Source: Chrysomallon squamiferum
Taxonomy: Eukaryota > Animalia > Mollusca
Direction: 5' to 3'
DNA: 64,000 nucleotides
Assembly (NCBI GenBank): GCA_012295275.1
Contig: CM022678.1
Coordinates: 4,836,001 to 4,900,000, forward strand
The notes beneath the pieces are model-generated. The model ran no database searches and was not told the DNA's origin. It saw only the letters and a program-made list of their open reading frames with translations. The translations under genes and the position numbers were made by a program. Below, one piece after another: positions 55,678 through 64,000 of the stretch. Position 1 is the first letter of the stretch. Every line of letters starts with the position of its first letter.

Positions 55678-64000
<8,323 letters not shown>

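Overview
AT-rich, microsatellite-dense, intron-containing animal DNA; gene content and repeat style suggest a mollusc, probably a gastropod (inference). No prokaryotic features, rRNA, tRNA or CRISPR were seen. From left to right: (1) the signal-peptide first exon of an unidentified minus-strand gene; (2) a tandem array of three Toll-like receptor units (one with a ~3.1 kb deletion, one with a +1 T frameshift, one intact), each starting with a two-codon ATG-AGA exon missed by the ORF track; (3) a divergent rhodopsin-class GPCR with a 9-aa N-terminal repeat; (4) a five-exon secreted C-type lectin with a frameshift; (5) a decayed LINE; (6) three glutaminase (GLS) copies: an inverted 3' relic, a nearly complete GLS-A with one +1 frameshift, and GLS-B, which runs off the right edge and has a broken exon 14. 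The most notable oddities are intronic minisatellites built from GLS-A's own splice sites, a dense CRE/bZIP repeat array built from its stop-codon region, a piece of TLR 3' flank inverted inside a GLS-B intron, apparent single-exon gene conversion, and glutaminases lacking basic residues linked to phosphate activation. The isolated 1-nt indels may be assembly errors. I found no clearly new biological system; the best candidates are listed with their tests. All alignments were made by eye.
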